Source: an uncultured Chloroflexia bacterium (GTDB lineage Bacteria > Chloroflexota > Chloroflexia > Thermomicrobiales > UBA6265). Taken from it: a stretch of DNA of 64,000 bases. Below the pieces are notes generated by a model, which did not search any database, had not been told where the DNA came from, and saw only the letters and a program-made list of their open reading frames with translations. Position 1 is the stretch's first letter. Each line of letters begins with the position of its first letter. This document shows, piece by piece, positions 1-9,688 of this stretch. The stretch lies in NCBI GenBank assembly GCA_963724295.1, contig CAVRUC010000008.1, positions 285,299 to 349,298 of the forward strand, read 5' to 3'. A program made the position numbers and the translations under genes.

Positions 1-240
1 TTCTACGTCTTCCAGTACGGCATCGGCATCTCCGCCGCGGCAGCGCTTTCGGAGGCAATCCTCACCGAGGGCGAACCGGCGCGGGAGCGATACCTCGCCT
101 TCTTGCGCGCCGGCGGCTCCGTCGACCCGATCGTCGCCCTGCGCGACGCCGGCGTCGACATGGCCTCCCCCGAACCGATCGAGCGCGCCTTTGACTTGTT
201 GAGCGGCTACGTCGATCGGCTGGAGGCGTTTGTGCCGTAG
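1..240 (+). CDS. pepF: Oligoendopeptidase F (M3B), 3' end only
   Basis: Frame 1 reads FYVFQYGIGISAA...ERYLAFLRAGGS.DP...LRDAGVDM..P.PIERAF...stop at 238-240, the typical PepF C-terminus. Not in the ORF track because it is 5'-truncated. Confidence 0.85.
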   Translation, partial: FYVFQYGIGISAAAALSEAILTEGEPARERYLAFLRAGGSVDPIVALRDAGVDMASPEPIERAFDLLSGYVDRLEAFVP

Positions 241-258
241 CGCTTGCGACGCCTCCAA

Positions 259-1638
259 TCAGGCGGTCGCTGGTCTCTGCGCTCCGGACTCTCCCAGTTT
301 TTCGAGGAGCAGCGTCTCGGCGACGATCATCCGCTCTAGCTCGCCCAGGTCGAGGCTCTCGTTGGCGGCGTGGACCTGAGAGCGCTCGTCGCCGGGTCCC
401 CAGACGACGAACTCGGCGTCCGGGGCCAGCCGCTGCAGAGTAGTCAGCAATGGGATGGTGCCGCCGGAGCCGGTTACTTTTGGTTCGGTCTCGAACGCCT
501 CGGCGGCTGCCTGCCGCGCGGCGGCGAAAACCGGGCCGTCCGTCTTCCCCATGAAGGCGTCGCCGGTGTGCACCGGCACGGTGACCACCTCGACACCCCA
601 CGGCGCGGATGCGTGGAGATGCTCCATCAGCAGCCGCACCGACTCCTCGGGATCCGAGCCCGGCGCGATGCGTAGCGAGACACGCGCTTTCGCCTCGGGG
701 ATGAGGCTGTTGGAGGCGCCCTCGGTCGGCGGGGCATCGAGCCCGATGACCGTCACCGACGGTTTGGCCCAGAGACGCGAGGCGAGCGTCCCCGTGCCCA
801 TCAGCCCGACCCCGGGAAGCACGCCAGCCGCCGCCCGAAAGTCGTCCTCCGGGATGCCACCGCCCTCCCATTCGAACCGGGTGAGACCGGGGATGGCCAC
901 GTCGCCGTACTCGTCGAGCAGGTCGTCCAGGATGCGGATCAGCGCCATCAGGGCGTCCGGTGCGGCGCCACCGTAGGCGCCGGAGTGAGCCATCCCCTTG
1001 AGCGAGCGCACGGTGACGTCGCAGGCGGCGATGCCGCGCAGCGCGGCTGTCAGCTCGGGCTCACCCGCCTTCATGTTGCCGCCGTCGTTGATGACGAAGG
1101 CGTCACAGCGCACCAGGCTAGGGTTGGCGGCGACGAGTCTCTCCAGATTGCTCCCCGTCTCCTCCTCACCTTCCATCAGCACCCGGATCCCCACCGGCGG
1201 CTCACCGCCGAACAGGCGCAGCGCGGTGGCGATGATCATCACACCGGACTTGTCGTCGGATGCCCCGCGGCCGTACATCCGCCCGTCGCGAATCTCCGGC
1301 TCGAACGGATCCATGTCCCACCCCTGCTCCAGGGGTGCGGGCTGGATGTCGTAGTGGGCATAGAGCAGGATCGTGGGTGCGCCGGGAGGGGCCGGGATCT
1401 CGGCGTAGACGGCGGGGTAGCCCCCAGGCACGTCGAGCAGCCGCGCGCCGGGAACCCCGTAACGGTGCAGCAGATCCACGACCGCCTCCGCCGTCTGCAT
1501 GACCGGCTCGGAAGGAAAGCCGGGGAAGGCGCAGGACGGAATGCGGACCAGGGCGGCGAGGTCTTCGGTCACGTCCGCCATGATCCCCTCGGCGAGCGTG
1601 CGGACGGTATCGACCGGCATAGTTCCCCTCTCAATCAC
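259..1638 (-). CDS. M20 family metallo-dipeptidase (DUG1/ArgE/DapE-like)
   Basis: Motifs YAHYDIQP, GRGASDDKSG, GEEE, HSG, HAANES. Start may be the ATG at 1620. Confidence 0.9.
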   Translation of the reverse strand: MIERGTMPVDTVRTLAEGIMADVTEDLAALVRIPSCAFPGFPSEPVMQTAEAVVDLLHRYGVPGARLLDVPGGYPAVYAEIPAPPGAPTILLYAHYDIQPAPLEQGWDMDPFEPEIRDGRMYGRGASDDKSGVMIIATALRLFGGEPPVGIRVLMEGEEETGSNLERLVAANPSLVRCDAFVINDGGNMKAGEPELTAALRGIAACDVTVRSLKGMAHSGAYGGAAPDALMALIRILDDLLDEYGDVAIPGLTRFEWEGGGIPEDDFRAAAGVLPGVGLMGTGTLASRLWAKPSVTVIGLDAPPTEGASNSLIPEAKARVSLRIAPGSDPEESVRLLMEHLHASAPWGVEVVTVPVHTGDAFMGKTDGPVFAAARQAAAEAFETEPKVTGSGGTIPLLTTLQRLAPDAEFVVWGPGDERSQVHAANESLDLGELERMIVAETLLLEKLGESGAQRPATA

Positions 1639-1699
1639 GTGAGGACGAATTCCCGGAGGTTGTATAGCAGGACGCGGGCCGCAATGGATCGCTCGTGCC

Positions 1700-2404
1700 T
1701 CAATCGAAAAAATGCATCCTGAGGTCCCGGAAGCGCTCCAGGACGAGCAGTTTTCCTGGTCCGGCTTCGCCGTTGATGTCCTGATGCTCCAGCCGCCAGG
1801 TGGCGTGGTGCGGAATGAACACCGCGTTGAGCCCGATCGCCAATGCCGGGTTGATATCCGACTTCGGCGAGTTGCCGATCATCCAGGTCCGCGCCGGATC
1901 GACCTCCAGCTGCGCCACGAGACTCTGATAGGCCGCGGCGTCCTTCTCCGGAACGACGGCGGCATGCCGGAAATAGCTTCCTAATCCGGAGCGGTCGATC
2001 TTCATCCGTTGTTCCTCGGGATGGCCCTTCGTCATCAGGGTGAGATCGTGCCGCTCGGCGAGGAGGGCGAGCGTTTCCTCGACACCGTCGATCAGCTCGA
2101 TCGGCTGAGACAGGATCCGCTCGCCGAAGGCCATGACCGTGCGCAGGTCGTCCTCGGCAATATCGCGCTCGGCCAGGTGCTCGTAACAGCGGACCAGGTT
2201 GCGGCTGAAAGCAGCCGAGCCGTAGCCCTGAGCTCCGAAGTTCGCCTGCTCGATCTCATCGAGGACGGTCCGAGCCTCTTCTCGCGTCAGCGTCGAATGG
2301 GCCAGGAAATCGAGGAAATCCTCGATGGCCCGCTCGAAGTGGATGTTGTTCTCCCAGAGGGTGTCGTCCGCGTCCAAGATGAGATGGTGGCGCCCTGATA
2401 TCAC
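1700..2404 (-). CDS. HAD-superfamily hydrolase
   Basis: DADDTLW motif I, TKG motif II, MIGNSPKSDI motif IV. Start overlaps the stop of the upstream gene at 2404. Confidence 0.9.
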   Translation of the reverse strand: MISGRHHLILDADDTLWENNIHFERAIEDFLDFLAHSTLTREEARTVLDEIEQANFGAQGYGSAAFSRNLVRCYEHLAERDIAEDDLRTVMAFGERILSQPIELIDGVEETLALLAERHDLTLMTKGHPEEQRMKIDRSGLGSYFRHAAVVPEKDAAAYQSLVAQLEVDPARTWMIGNSPKSDINPALAIGLNAVFIPHHATWRLEHQDINGEAGPGKLLVLERFRDLRMHFFD

Positions 2405-3390
2405 TAGTGACAGTCGCCGACTCCCCTATCGCGGTGCGCTTTCGAGCCGGCGGTCACGAAGCGCCAGCTATAGTCCCCAGCTCGAAGTCTCAGTTTGAGG
2501 ATGCCCGCCGTGCCGGTGATGCGAACCTCGCTGTTGTGCTCCGGTGGCCCGAATCCGGAGAAGCTCGCTCCACCCGTGCCGACGATGAATTGGCGAATCC
2601 CTCGCGATGGGTCCGCGTCGCCCGTCGGATCCTGGGGAGCGAATCGCTCATAGTTATGCTCATGCCCCGACAGCACAATATCGGCTCCATACTCGTAGAG
2701 TGTTTCCCATAGTGGTCGGACCTCCGTGATGTTGCCGTGCTTGTTGCCCGAGGTAAAGAGCGGGTGGTGCCAGTACGCAAGCGTGCAATCCGCGTTGGAC
2801 GCCCTTAGATCGGCCCGCAGCCATCGCACCTGTCGCGAGCGTCCGTCGCAACCACCGATCTCGGCGCAGTTGGAGTTGAGTGCGATGATGTGCCAATTTC
2901 CGAGGTCGTAGCTGTAATACCCCGTGTTTGGGTCTCCGGCGGCCGATCCGAAATAATTGAAATATCCCGAAGCTCGTCTTGTCTTGTACTCGTGGTTTCC
3001 CACCGCCGGCCGGGTGCGGTCTTTGTGGCGACCCCAACTTCGATCGTAACAACGCTTGAACTCGGAGCGAGATCCCGACTCGTAGGCGAGGTCACCGAGA
3101 GTGATCACGGTGCCCTCGAAGCGATCGAGTAGATCAGCGGTCGCCTCGTCGCCAGGCGAGTCACAGGAGGCGATATCCCCGGCGGCCAACAGCAAGGCGA
3201 CGCCTGCCCGGCCATGACCGCGCTGTTGACGACCAGCCACGGCGCGGGGGTCTTCCCCGACGCTACCCGCGGCTTCCGCCTGCGGCTTCCGATCTCCTGA
3301 CACCGTGACCGGGCCCGCTGCCAGAGGGACCAACGTGCCCCCGAGCAGCAACAGCAACAGCACCGTCAGCCGAATCAACGGAATGGACAA
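2404..3390 (-). CDS. Secreted calcineurin-like metallophosphoesterase
   Basis: Signal peptide; AGDIA, GDLAY, GNHE, HHP and GHEH motifs; RBS AGGGAGG before the TTG start. Confidence 0.88.
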   Translation of the reverse strand: MSIPLIRLTVLLLLLLGGTLVPLAAGPVTVSGDRKPQAEAAGSVGEDPRAVAGRQQRGHGRAGVALLLAAGDIASCDSPGDEATADLLDRFEGTVITLGDLAYESGSRSEFKRCYDRSWGRHKDRTRPAVGNHEYKTRRASGYFNYFGSAAGDPNTGYYSYDLGNWHIIALNSNCAEIGGCDGRSRQVRWLRADLRASNADCTLAYWHHPLFTSGNKHGNITEVRPLWETLYEYGADIVLSGHEHNYERFAPQDPTGDADPSRGIRQFIVGTGGASFSGFGPPEHNSEVRITGTAGILKLRLRAGDYSWRFVTAGSKAHRDRGVGDCH

Positions 3391-3411
3391 GCTCTCCCTC
3401 CCTGGAAGAGA

Positions 3412-3618
3412 TCAATAGCCATGATCGGCAACGCGGGATTCCCGATTCGTTTGAAGAATAGCTGGCATTTCCGGAGGAGCACCACCTGGCTCGGCAGCGA
3501 TCGCCATCTGACCGGACATCGGGTTGCGTTCGCGAGGCCTTCCGAACTTGAGGTAGAGCGTGGGCACGACGAAGAGATTGAGGAGCGTCGACGTGGCCAG
3601 CCCACCCAGGATCACGAC
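3412..3618 (-). pseudogene. Orphan 3' fragment of an RND permease gene
   Basis: Encodes [26 protein letters not shown], nearly identical to the C-terminus of the RND gene ending at 5894. Confidence 0.75.
3542..3618. repeat. Imperfect 77-bp direct repeat, copy A (copy B at 5949-6025)
   Basis: Manual alignment gives 7 mismatches in 77 nt. The two copies flank the two-component system. Confidence 0.9.
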
Positions 3619-5099
3619 GCGATTCCATGGCGGCCAGGCAGGCTGACCTCGACGCGGGTGCCGTGATCAATGCGACTCGTCAGGGCAATTGTCCCACCGT
3701 GGGCCTCCACAATCGCTCGGCAGATTGCGAGACCTAACCCTGTGCCCCCATTGGCCCTCGCGCGGCCCGGGTCGACGCGATAGAACCGATCGAAGACTCG
3801 CTCTTGGTCAGCGGTCTGGATACCGCAACCAGTGTCAGACACCCACAATTGCACCTCGGTGGCGGCAGATCGACAGCCAACAGTCACAGTCCCCGAACGC
3901 GGTGTGTGGGCGAGCGCGTTATCAATCAGATTGACCAAGACCTGAACCAGCTTAGCCTCATCTGCCTCGAGTGGAGCAGGTTCCGCTTCAGCCCGCAGGT
4001 CGATGCCGGCCTCGTCAGCTACTGGGGTGTACTGCTCGAGGATAAGCGCCACCGTATCGGCGAGATCGAACGCACTACGGTCCAGGACAAGGCGCCCGGC
4101 GTCCGCTCGGGAAAGCGTCAAGAGTGTGCTGACCAGACCCGTCATGCGCTGCAGATCACCGTCAAGTCCTTGCAGTGCCTCGCGGTACGCGACCGCCGAG
4201 CGCGATCTCGCCAGCGCGATGTCCACCTGGGCGCGCATCAAACTCAGTGGGGTGCGCAATTCGTGCGCGGCATCGGCCGTAAATTGGCGCTGGCGTTCGA
4301 ATGCGTCCTCGATCCGAGCGAGCATCCCGTTGAACGTCTGTGCGAGGCGGCCAAGCTCATCATCTGGCAAGTCAAGCTGCAGCCGGGCATGGAGGTCTTG
4401 TGCCCCCACTCGGGCAGCCAGATCGGTAATCGCTGCAACCGGAGCGAGCGCACGGCCCGCCAGAAGGTAACCGCCTCCGGCGGACGCCAGGAGCAGGAGC
4501 GGGCTAACCAGGGCAAAGACCGCAAGCAACTGCGCTAGCGGCTCATCAACGTCGTCGCGATCCAGACCAAATTGAAGCGCACCGACAATCGCATTGTTTG
4601 AAGTGTCTCGTACCGGCTCGGTGACTATTCGAAAGACCACTTGGTGGTCGGTACCTTGTTCACCCTGATCGATGGGGCCGCTTTCGTTGCTCGTGTCACT
4701 CTGAGCTGATTCGTCAGTTGGGTCATTCGGAACGATGAGGGTAGAAAATTCGGTATTTCCCGCAAGGGCGCGAGTAACAACAGCGCGATCCCACGATATT
4801 TCGGTGGGGTTAGGGCTCGCATCGGCAATGACACGGCCATCCACATCAAACAACCGCAAAAAATACTCACTACTCTCACTACTCAACTGTCCCGCGGTCG
4901 CGAAAGCCGGTATGCCATTTTGGATCGTGATATTGGCACGCGCGAGGTCCGCCTGATCGAGGAGTTGATCGTCAAAGCTCTCGTAGAGGCGTGCGCGCAG
5001 CCCAATGAAAACAACGCTTCCGCCCAGCACCAGAGTCACGCCCAGGAGGGCCGTGAACCAGAGCGTTAGCCGCCAACGGACTGGCAAACGACGTGTCAC
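3612..5099 (-). CDS. Sensor histidine kinase (HAMP-HisKA-HATPase, CusS/CzcS-like)
   Basis: Two TM segments, HAMP, FTADAAHELRTPL H-box, NLIDNA, DTGCG, GGTGLGLAI. Confidence 0.93.
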   Translation of the reverse strand: MTRRLPVRWRLTLWFTALLGVTLVLGGSVVFIGLRARLYESFDDQLLDQADLARANITIQNGIPAFATAGQLSSESSEYFLRLFDVDGRVIADASPNPTEISWDRAVVTRALAGNTEFSTLIVPNDPTDESAQSDTSNESGPIDQGEQGTDHQVVFRIVTEPVRDTSNNAIVGALQFGLDRDDVDEPLAQLLAVFALVSPLLLLASAGGGYLLAGRALAPVAAITDLAARVGAQDLHARLQLDLPDDELGRLAQTFNGMLARIEDAFERQRQFTADAAHELRTPLSLMRAQVDIALARSRSAVAYREALQGLDGDLQRMTGLVSTLLTLSRADAGRLVLDRSAFDLADTVALILEQYTPVADEAGIDLRAEAEPAPLEADEAKLVQVLVNLIDNALAHTPRSGTVTVGCRSAATEVQLWVSDTGCGIQTADQERVFDRFYRVDPGRARANGGTGLGLAICRAIVEAHGGTIALTSRIDHGTRVEVSLPGRHGIAS

Positions 5100-5770
5100 G
5101 GATCGGTTGTGAAGCGATATCCAGCCCCACGCACAGTCTGGATCAACTCCCCCGGATAGGGATCGTCCAGTCTGCGCCGGAGCTGCCGGATGTGGACATC
5201 GATGACGTTCGTCACGTTCGGGAAATCGGAGTCCCAGGCATGTTCGGCAATCATGGCCCGGGTCACGACTCTTCCCGGCTGTCGCATCATGTATTCCAGG
5301 ATGCGAAATTCCTTCTTTGGCAGAACAACCTCATCTGCGCCGCGCCAGACCCGGCGGCTCGCTGGGTCGAGCCTGACACTCCCACCCTCCAGGACTACCG
5401 GCACGGCTTCGGCTGGTCGTCGGTAGAGCGCCCGAAGTCGCGCCGCCAGCTCTACAAACGCAAATGGCTTGACCAGGTAATCGTCGGCCCCCGCGTCAAG
5501 CCCTGCTACCCGATCGCTGATTGCGTCGCGCGCGGTGAGTAGCAAGATTGGCGTGTGGACTCGTTCCTGGCGCAGGCGCTGGCAGACGGCGAATCCGTCG
5601 ATACCGGGGAGCATGATATCCAGCACGATCGCGTCATAGTCGGTGACGGCAACCCAGTCGAGCGCCTCTTCGCCAGAGCCGGCAAGATCGACCCCATGCC
5701 CCTCTTCGGTGAGCCCCTTGCGCAAAAGTGTTGCTAGTCGGGTCTCGTCCTCGACAACCAGGATACGCAT
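5096..5770 (-). CDS. OmpR-family response regulator (CusR/CzcR-like)
   Basis: MRILVVEDE, LDIMLPG, GADDYLVKPF, NVIDVHIRQLR, TVRGAGY. Start set at ATG 5770. Confidence 0.93.
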   Translation of the reverse strand: MRILVVEDETRLATLLRKGLTEEGHGVDLAGSGEEALDWVAVTDYDAIVLDIMLPGIDGFAVCQRLRQERVHTPILLLTARDAISDRVAGLDAGADDYLVKPFAFVELAARLRALYRRPAEAVPVVLEGGSVRLDPASRRVWRGADEVVLPKKEFRILEYMMRQPGRVVTRAMIAEHAWDSDFPNVTNVIDVHIRQLRRRLDDPYPGELIQTVRGAGYRFTTDP

Positions 5771-5893
5771 GACAGAGTCGCTTTCCGTTCCCTGTCTACC
5801 CGGGAGTGAGCCGGCATTCCCAGAGAACACGATCTCCGGGAATGCCAGCGGTAGCCCCAATTGACAGACGGTTTCGACGGTCCTCCGTGAGGA

Positions 5894-8800
5894 TTAGTCG
5901 CCCGCGCCCGCCAGCTGACCAGCCAACGAATTAGGTTCGCGTTGCCTCCCAAACTTGAGATAGAGCGTGGGCACGACGAAGAGATTGAGCAACGTCGAGG
6001 TGACCAACCCACCCAGGATCACGACCGCCATGGGGTGCTCGATCTCGTGACCGGGGATGCTGCCAGCAACCACCAGGGGCACTAGCGCTAAGCCCGTTGC
6101 CAGCGCCGTCATCAGGATGGGCGACAAGCGCTCCCGCGCTCCGCGCAACACCAGTCCTGGCCCAAACGGCTCGCCCTCTTCGCGCTCCAGATGTTGGTAG
6201 TGGCTGATCAGCATGATGCCGTTGCGGGCCACGATTCCCAGCACCGTCAGGAAGCCGACCAGCGATCCGAGCGAGATCACGCGGTCACTCGCGTACGTTG
6301 CCAGCAGCCCTCCAACCAGGGCTATCGGCAAGGTCAGGAAGACCAAGATCGCCAGACGCACGTTGCCGAAGGACGCGACCAGGAGGAGAAGAACGAGGAC
6401 CCCGGCAATGGCCGCGAATCCGACCAGGGTCTGCTGCGCGGCCTGCCTCTCGGCCCATTCTCCAAGGACTTCGGCGTGGTACTCGAGCGGGAAATCGACC
6501 GTTTCCAAACCCCGCTCGATGTCGGCGACGACGGATCCCAGATCACGCCCGCGAACATTGGCCGTCACGTCCAGGCGACGCGAGAGATTCTCATGGACAA
6601 TCGCGTTCGGATTCGGCGCCACCCGCACCTCGGCGACGTCGCCAAGCCGTACCTCACCACCATCAGGGGTGTCGATCAACATTTCATGAACGTCGGTCAG
6701 GCTCTGACGGGTCTCAGGCTCGCTCCAGACCATGACGTCGTAGGCTTGGCCATCCCGGTAGATGTCGCCTACCTCTTCACCCGCCATCAGTGTGGCTGCC
6801 GCGCGGCGGATCTCGCCAGGCGCGAGGCCATACCTCTGAGCCGCGGCGAGGTCGACCTCGACTTCAACCTGCGGCACATCAACCAGGAGCTCGACGTGCT
6901 GTTCGACGACGCCGTCGACCCCCGCGAGAACCTGCTCGACCTCGTTCGCCTTGGCACGCAGAACATTCAGGTCCTGGCCATAGATGCGCACGACGATCGC
7001 TTCGCCCGCACCGGTCAGCACCTCCCGGATCCGTTCCTTGAGATAGGTCTGGACGTCACGATAGAGCCCAGGATAGCCCTCGACGACATCCACGACAGCG
7101 GCCCGCGTCTGATCGTAGTCGACCGCGGGGTCGACGCTGATCCAGTTCTCGCCGAAGTAGATGCCGTACACCTCGTCACCCAGGAGGGCCTGCCCAATGT
7201 GGGCCCCGAAGTTACGAACCCCGGGAATCGCGCGCAGCTCCTTGCTGGCCAGGGTCGTGACCCGCACTTCCTCCGGGTGCGACGTGGAGGGATCGGTTAC
7301 CCAGTGCATCAAGAAGTCGCGCTCCTTGAACTCCGGCAGCAACGACTGACCAAGTTGCGGTACGGTCGCGATGCCGAGCAACGCGACGAGCCCGACGGTA
7401 GCGAATGCGTACCGTGGCCGCCGCACGATTCGCTCCAGGAGCGTTCCCGTAGTGTCGCTGCAGCCACGGCACGACTCGGGGAGACGCGTCGCTCCAGCGG
7501 GGCGTTGCGCAGCAGGATCAGCGCCAATGCGGGTGTGACGGTCAGCGCCACCACCATCGAGGCCAGCACCGCCAGCGCGTAGGAGATAGCCAGCGGCCGG
7601 AAGAAGGCCCCGGAGAGCCCGCTCAGGAAAAAGACGGGCAGGAGCACCGCGGCATCGATCAGGGTGGCGTAGACAATGGCACTGCGGACCTCCAGTGAGC
7701 CATCGAGCACGATGGCAGCTGTTGATTTGGTGCTCCCTTCCTGGCGCGCCTGGCGGAGTCGACGGGTGATGTTCTCGACGTCGATGATGGCGTCATCGAC
7801 AACCACCCCGACGGCGATGATGAACCCGGCTAAGACCATCGTGTTGATCGCTGCCCCACGCAGGTAGAGCACCAGCCCAGCGGCGACCAGCGACAAGGGA
7901 ATGGCCACAACGCTGATCAGCGCCGTCCGCCACTCAAAGAGGAAGGCGATGAGGACTAGAACGACGAGCAGGCAGCCGAGAATCAGCGCTCTGGTCAGGT
8001 TCTCGATGGAGATCTCGATGAAGCTGGCAGGCCGGAAAATGGTTGTGTCCATCTCTAAGCCAGGCAGACCGGGACGCAGCTCGTCGATCGCCGCCTCCAC
8101 CTGACGCGTGACTTCGAGCGTGTTGCCCCAGGGGAGCTTCTCGACGATGAGCATCAGAGCCGGGACCATCGTTGATGACGGCGTCACCAATGAGCGGCTG
8201 GTGATCCCAGACCACCGAGGCGACGTCACCCAGGCGCAGCGCCTCTCTCTCCTCGGTCTCGATTGGCACCTGCGCCAGATCGTCAGGAGTGACAAGGGGG
8301 AGGACATGTTGAATCGCAAGGCGTTGATTGGGGGTGTCGATGAATCCCCCGGTGCCGATCACCGCCCCCTCGGAGAACCGAAGAAGCCCGGCGTCCAGGG
8401 AGTCCGCGGTGACCTCCATCACATCGTTAAGTGAGACGTCGTGTTCCAGCATCCGTTCCGGATCGACCTGGACCTGCATCTGCTGCAGGCGCTCGCCCCA
8501 CATGGCGACGTTGGCCACGCCAGGAACAGCCAGGAGCCGCGCCCGGATCTTCCAATAGGCGATCATCGACATTTCCATCAGATCCATGTCATCTGAGGAA
8601 AGCCCGATCTTCATGACGCGGCTGGTCGACGAGAGCGGCTGCAACATGACGGGTGGTGCGGCCCAGGTCGGCAGGTCGGCCGTGACCGTGGCCATGCGCT
8701 CGGAGACCAATTGCCGCGCGGCCATGAGGTCGGTGCCCGGCTCGAACAGCATCACCACCGATGAGTACTGGGGAACCGACTTGGAGCGCATCACATCGAG

Positions 8801-9031
8801 CCCCGGCACACCGCTGAGCGCCTGCTCCATGGGGATGGTGACCAATGCCTCCACATCGGCCGCGGAGAGACCGAAGCAGATGGTGTGCACTTCGACCTTC
8901 GGCGGCGCGAACTCAGGGAAGACATCGACCGGCATGGCGCGCAGCTGCCCGCTGCCGAAGATCAACAAGGCCGCGGCCAAACCGACGATGAGGAAGCGAA
9001 ACTTCAGACTCGAGGCAACAATCCAGCGCAT
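5894..9031 (-). CDS. CusA/CzcA-type RND permease 1 (frameshifted)
   Basis: Three overlapping ORFs join into one RND protein ([37 protein letters not shown]). Frameshifts near 8159, 7477 and 7445. Confidence 0.88.
5949..6025. repeat. Imperfect 77-bp direct repeat, copy B
   Basis: Matches 3542-3618. Confidence 0.9.
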
Positions 9032-9139
9032 CGACCTGCCCCTCCGGGCACCACTAGTGCCTCAGATTCTTTGCACGAGCACTTCGTGGTGAACCGGGCA
9101 GACTCGCGTCGGCGGGGACGCGAGCGCCAGAACGCCTAC

Positions 9140-9592
9140 TTAGTGGCCGAGACCGGACTCGGCGCCGAGCAACTCCGCCCCGCCGATGGTGACCACTTCG
9201 GTGCCAGCATCAGGGCCCGCGGTGAGAATGGCCTTGTCGCCCTCGATGCGCTCGATCTCGATGGCTTCGCGCACGAAGACACGCGGCTCTGGACTGGTGT
9301 AGGCCCAGGTCCCGCCATCCGGGGAGTAGATGACCGCCGCATACGGGATGATCTTGCGCGGAGCGCCGCTCGACGCATCATCGGCTACCGGAGTCGTGGC
9401 GAGGGCAATCCGCTCGGCCGCCCGCTCAGACAACACGATGCGACTGAGGCTGCCGCCTTCGATCGGCTCGACGTATGCTGGTTCGCTTTGGCCCACGCTG
9501 GTTTCATCGGCAGCTACACCCGAATACACGACGAGCCCCAGCGCACTGATCAGTACGAGGGTGACGACCCAGGAACGGCGGTGAGCTTTCAT
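9140..9592 (-). CDS. Short RND adaptor-like protein (about 150 aa)
   Basis: N-terminal TM/signal, then IPYAAVIYSPDGGTWAY...FVREAIEI...GPDAGTEVVTIGGAELLG, which resembles the C-terminal membrane-proximal part of CzcB/CusB-type adaptors. Lies between the two RND genes. Confidence 0.7.
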   Translation of the reverse strand: MKAHRRSWVVTLVLISALGLVVYSGVAADETSVGQSEPAYVEPIEGGSLSRIVLSERAAERIALATTPVADDASSGAPRKIIPYAAVIYSPDGGTWAYTSPEPRVFVREAIEIERIEGDKAILTAGPDAGTEVVTIGGAELLGAESGLGH

Positions 9593-9688
9593 GACGCGTT
9601 GTCCTCCGACCCTATCAAGGCGATCCGCTAATCTGCCGAACCGGTAGCTGGTTTGGTCGTGCTCCACGGGATCTGGTCCGTCTCAGCT

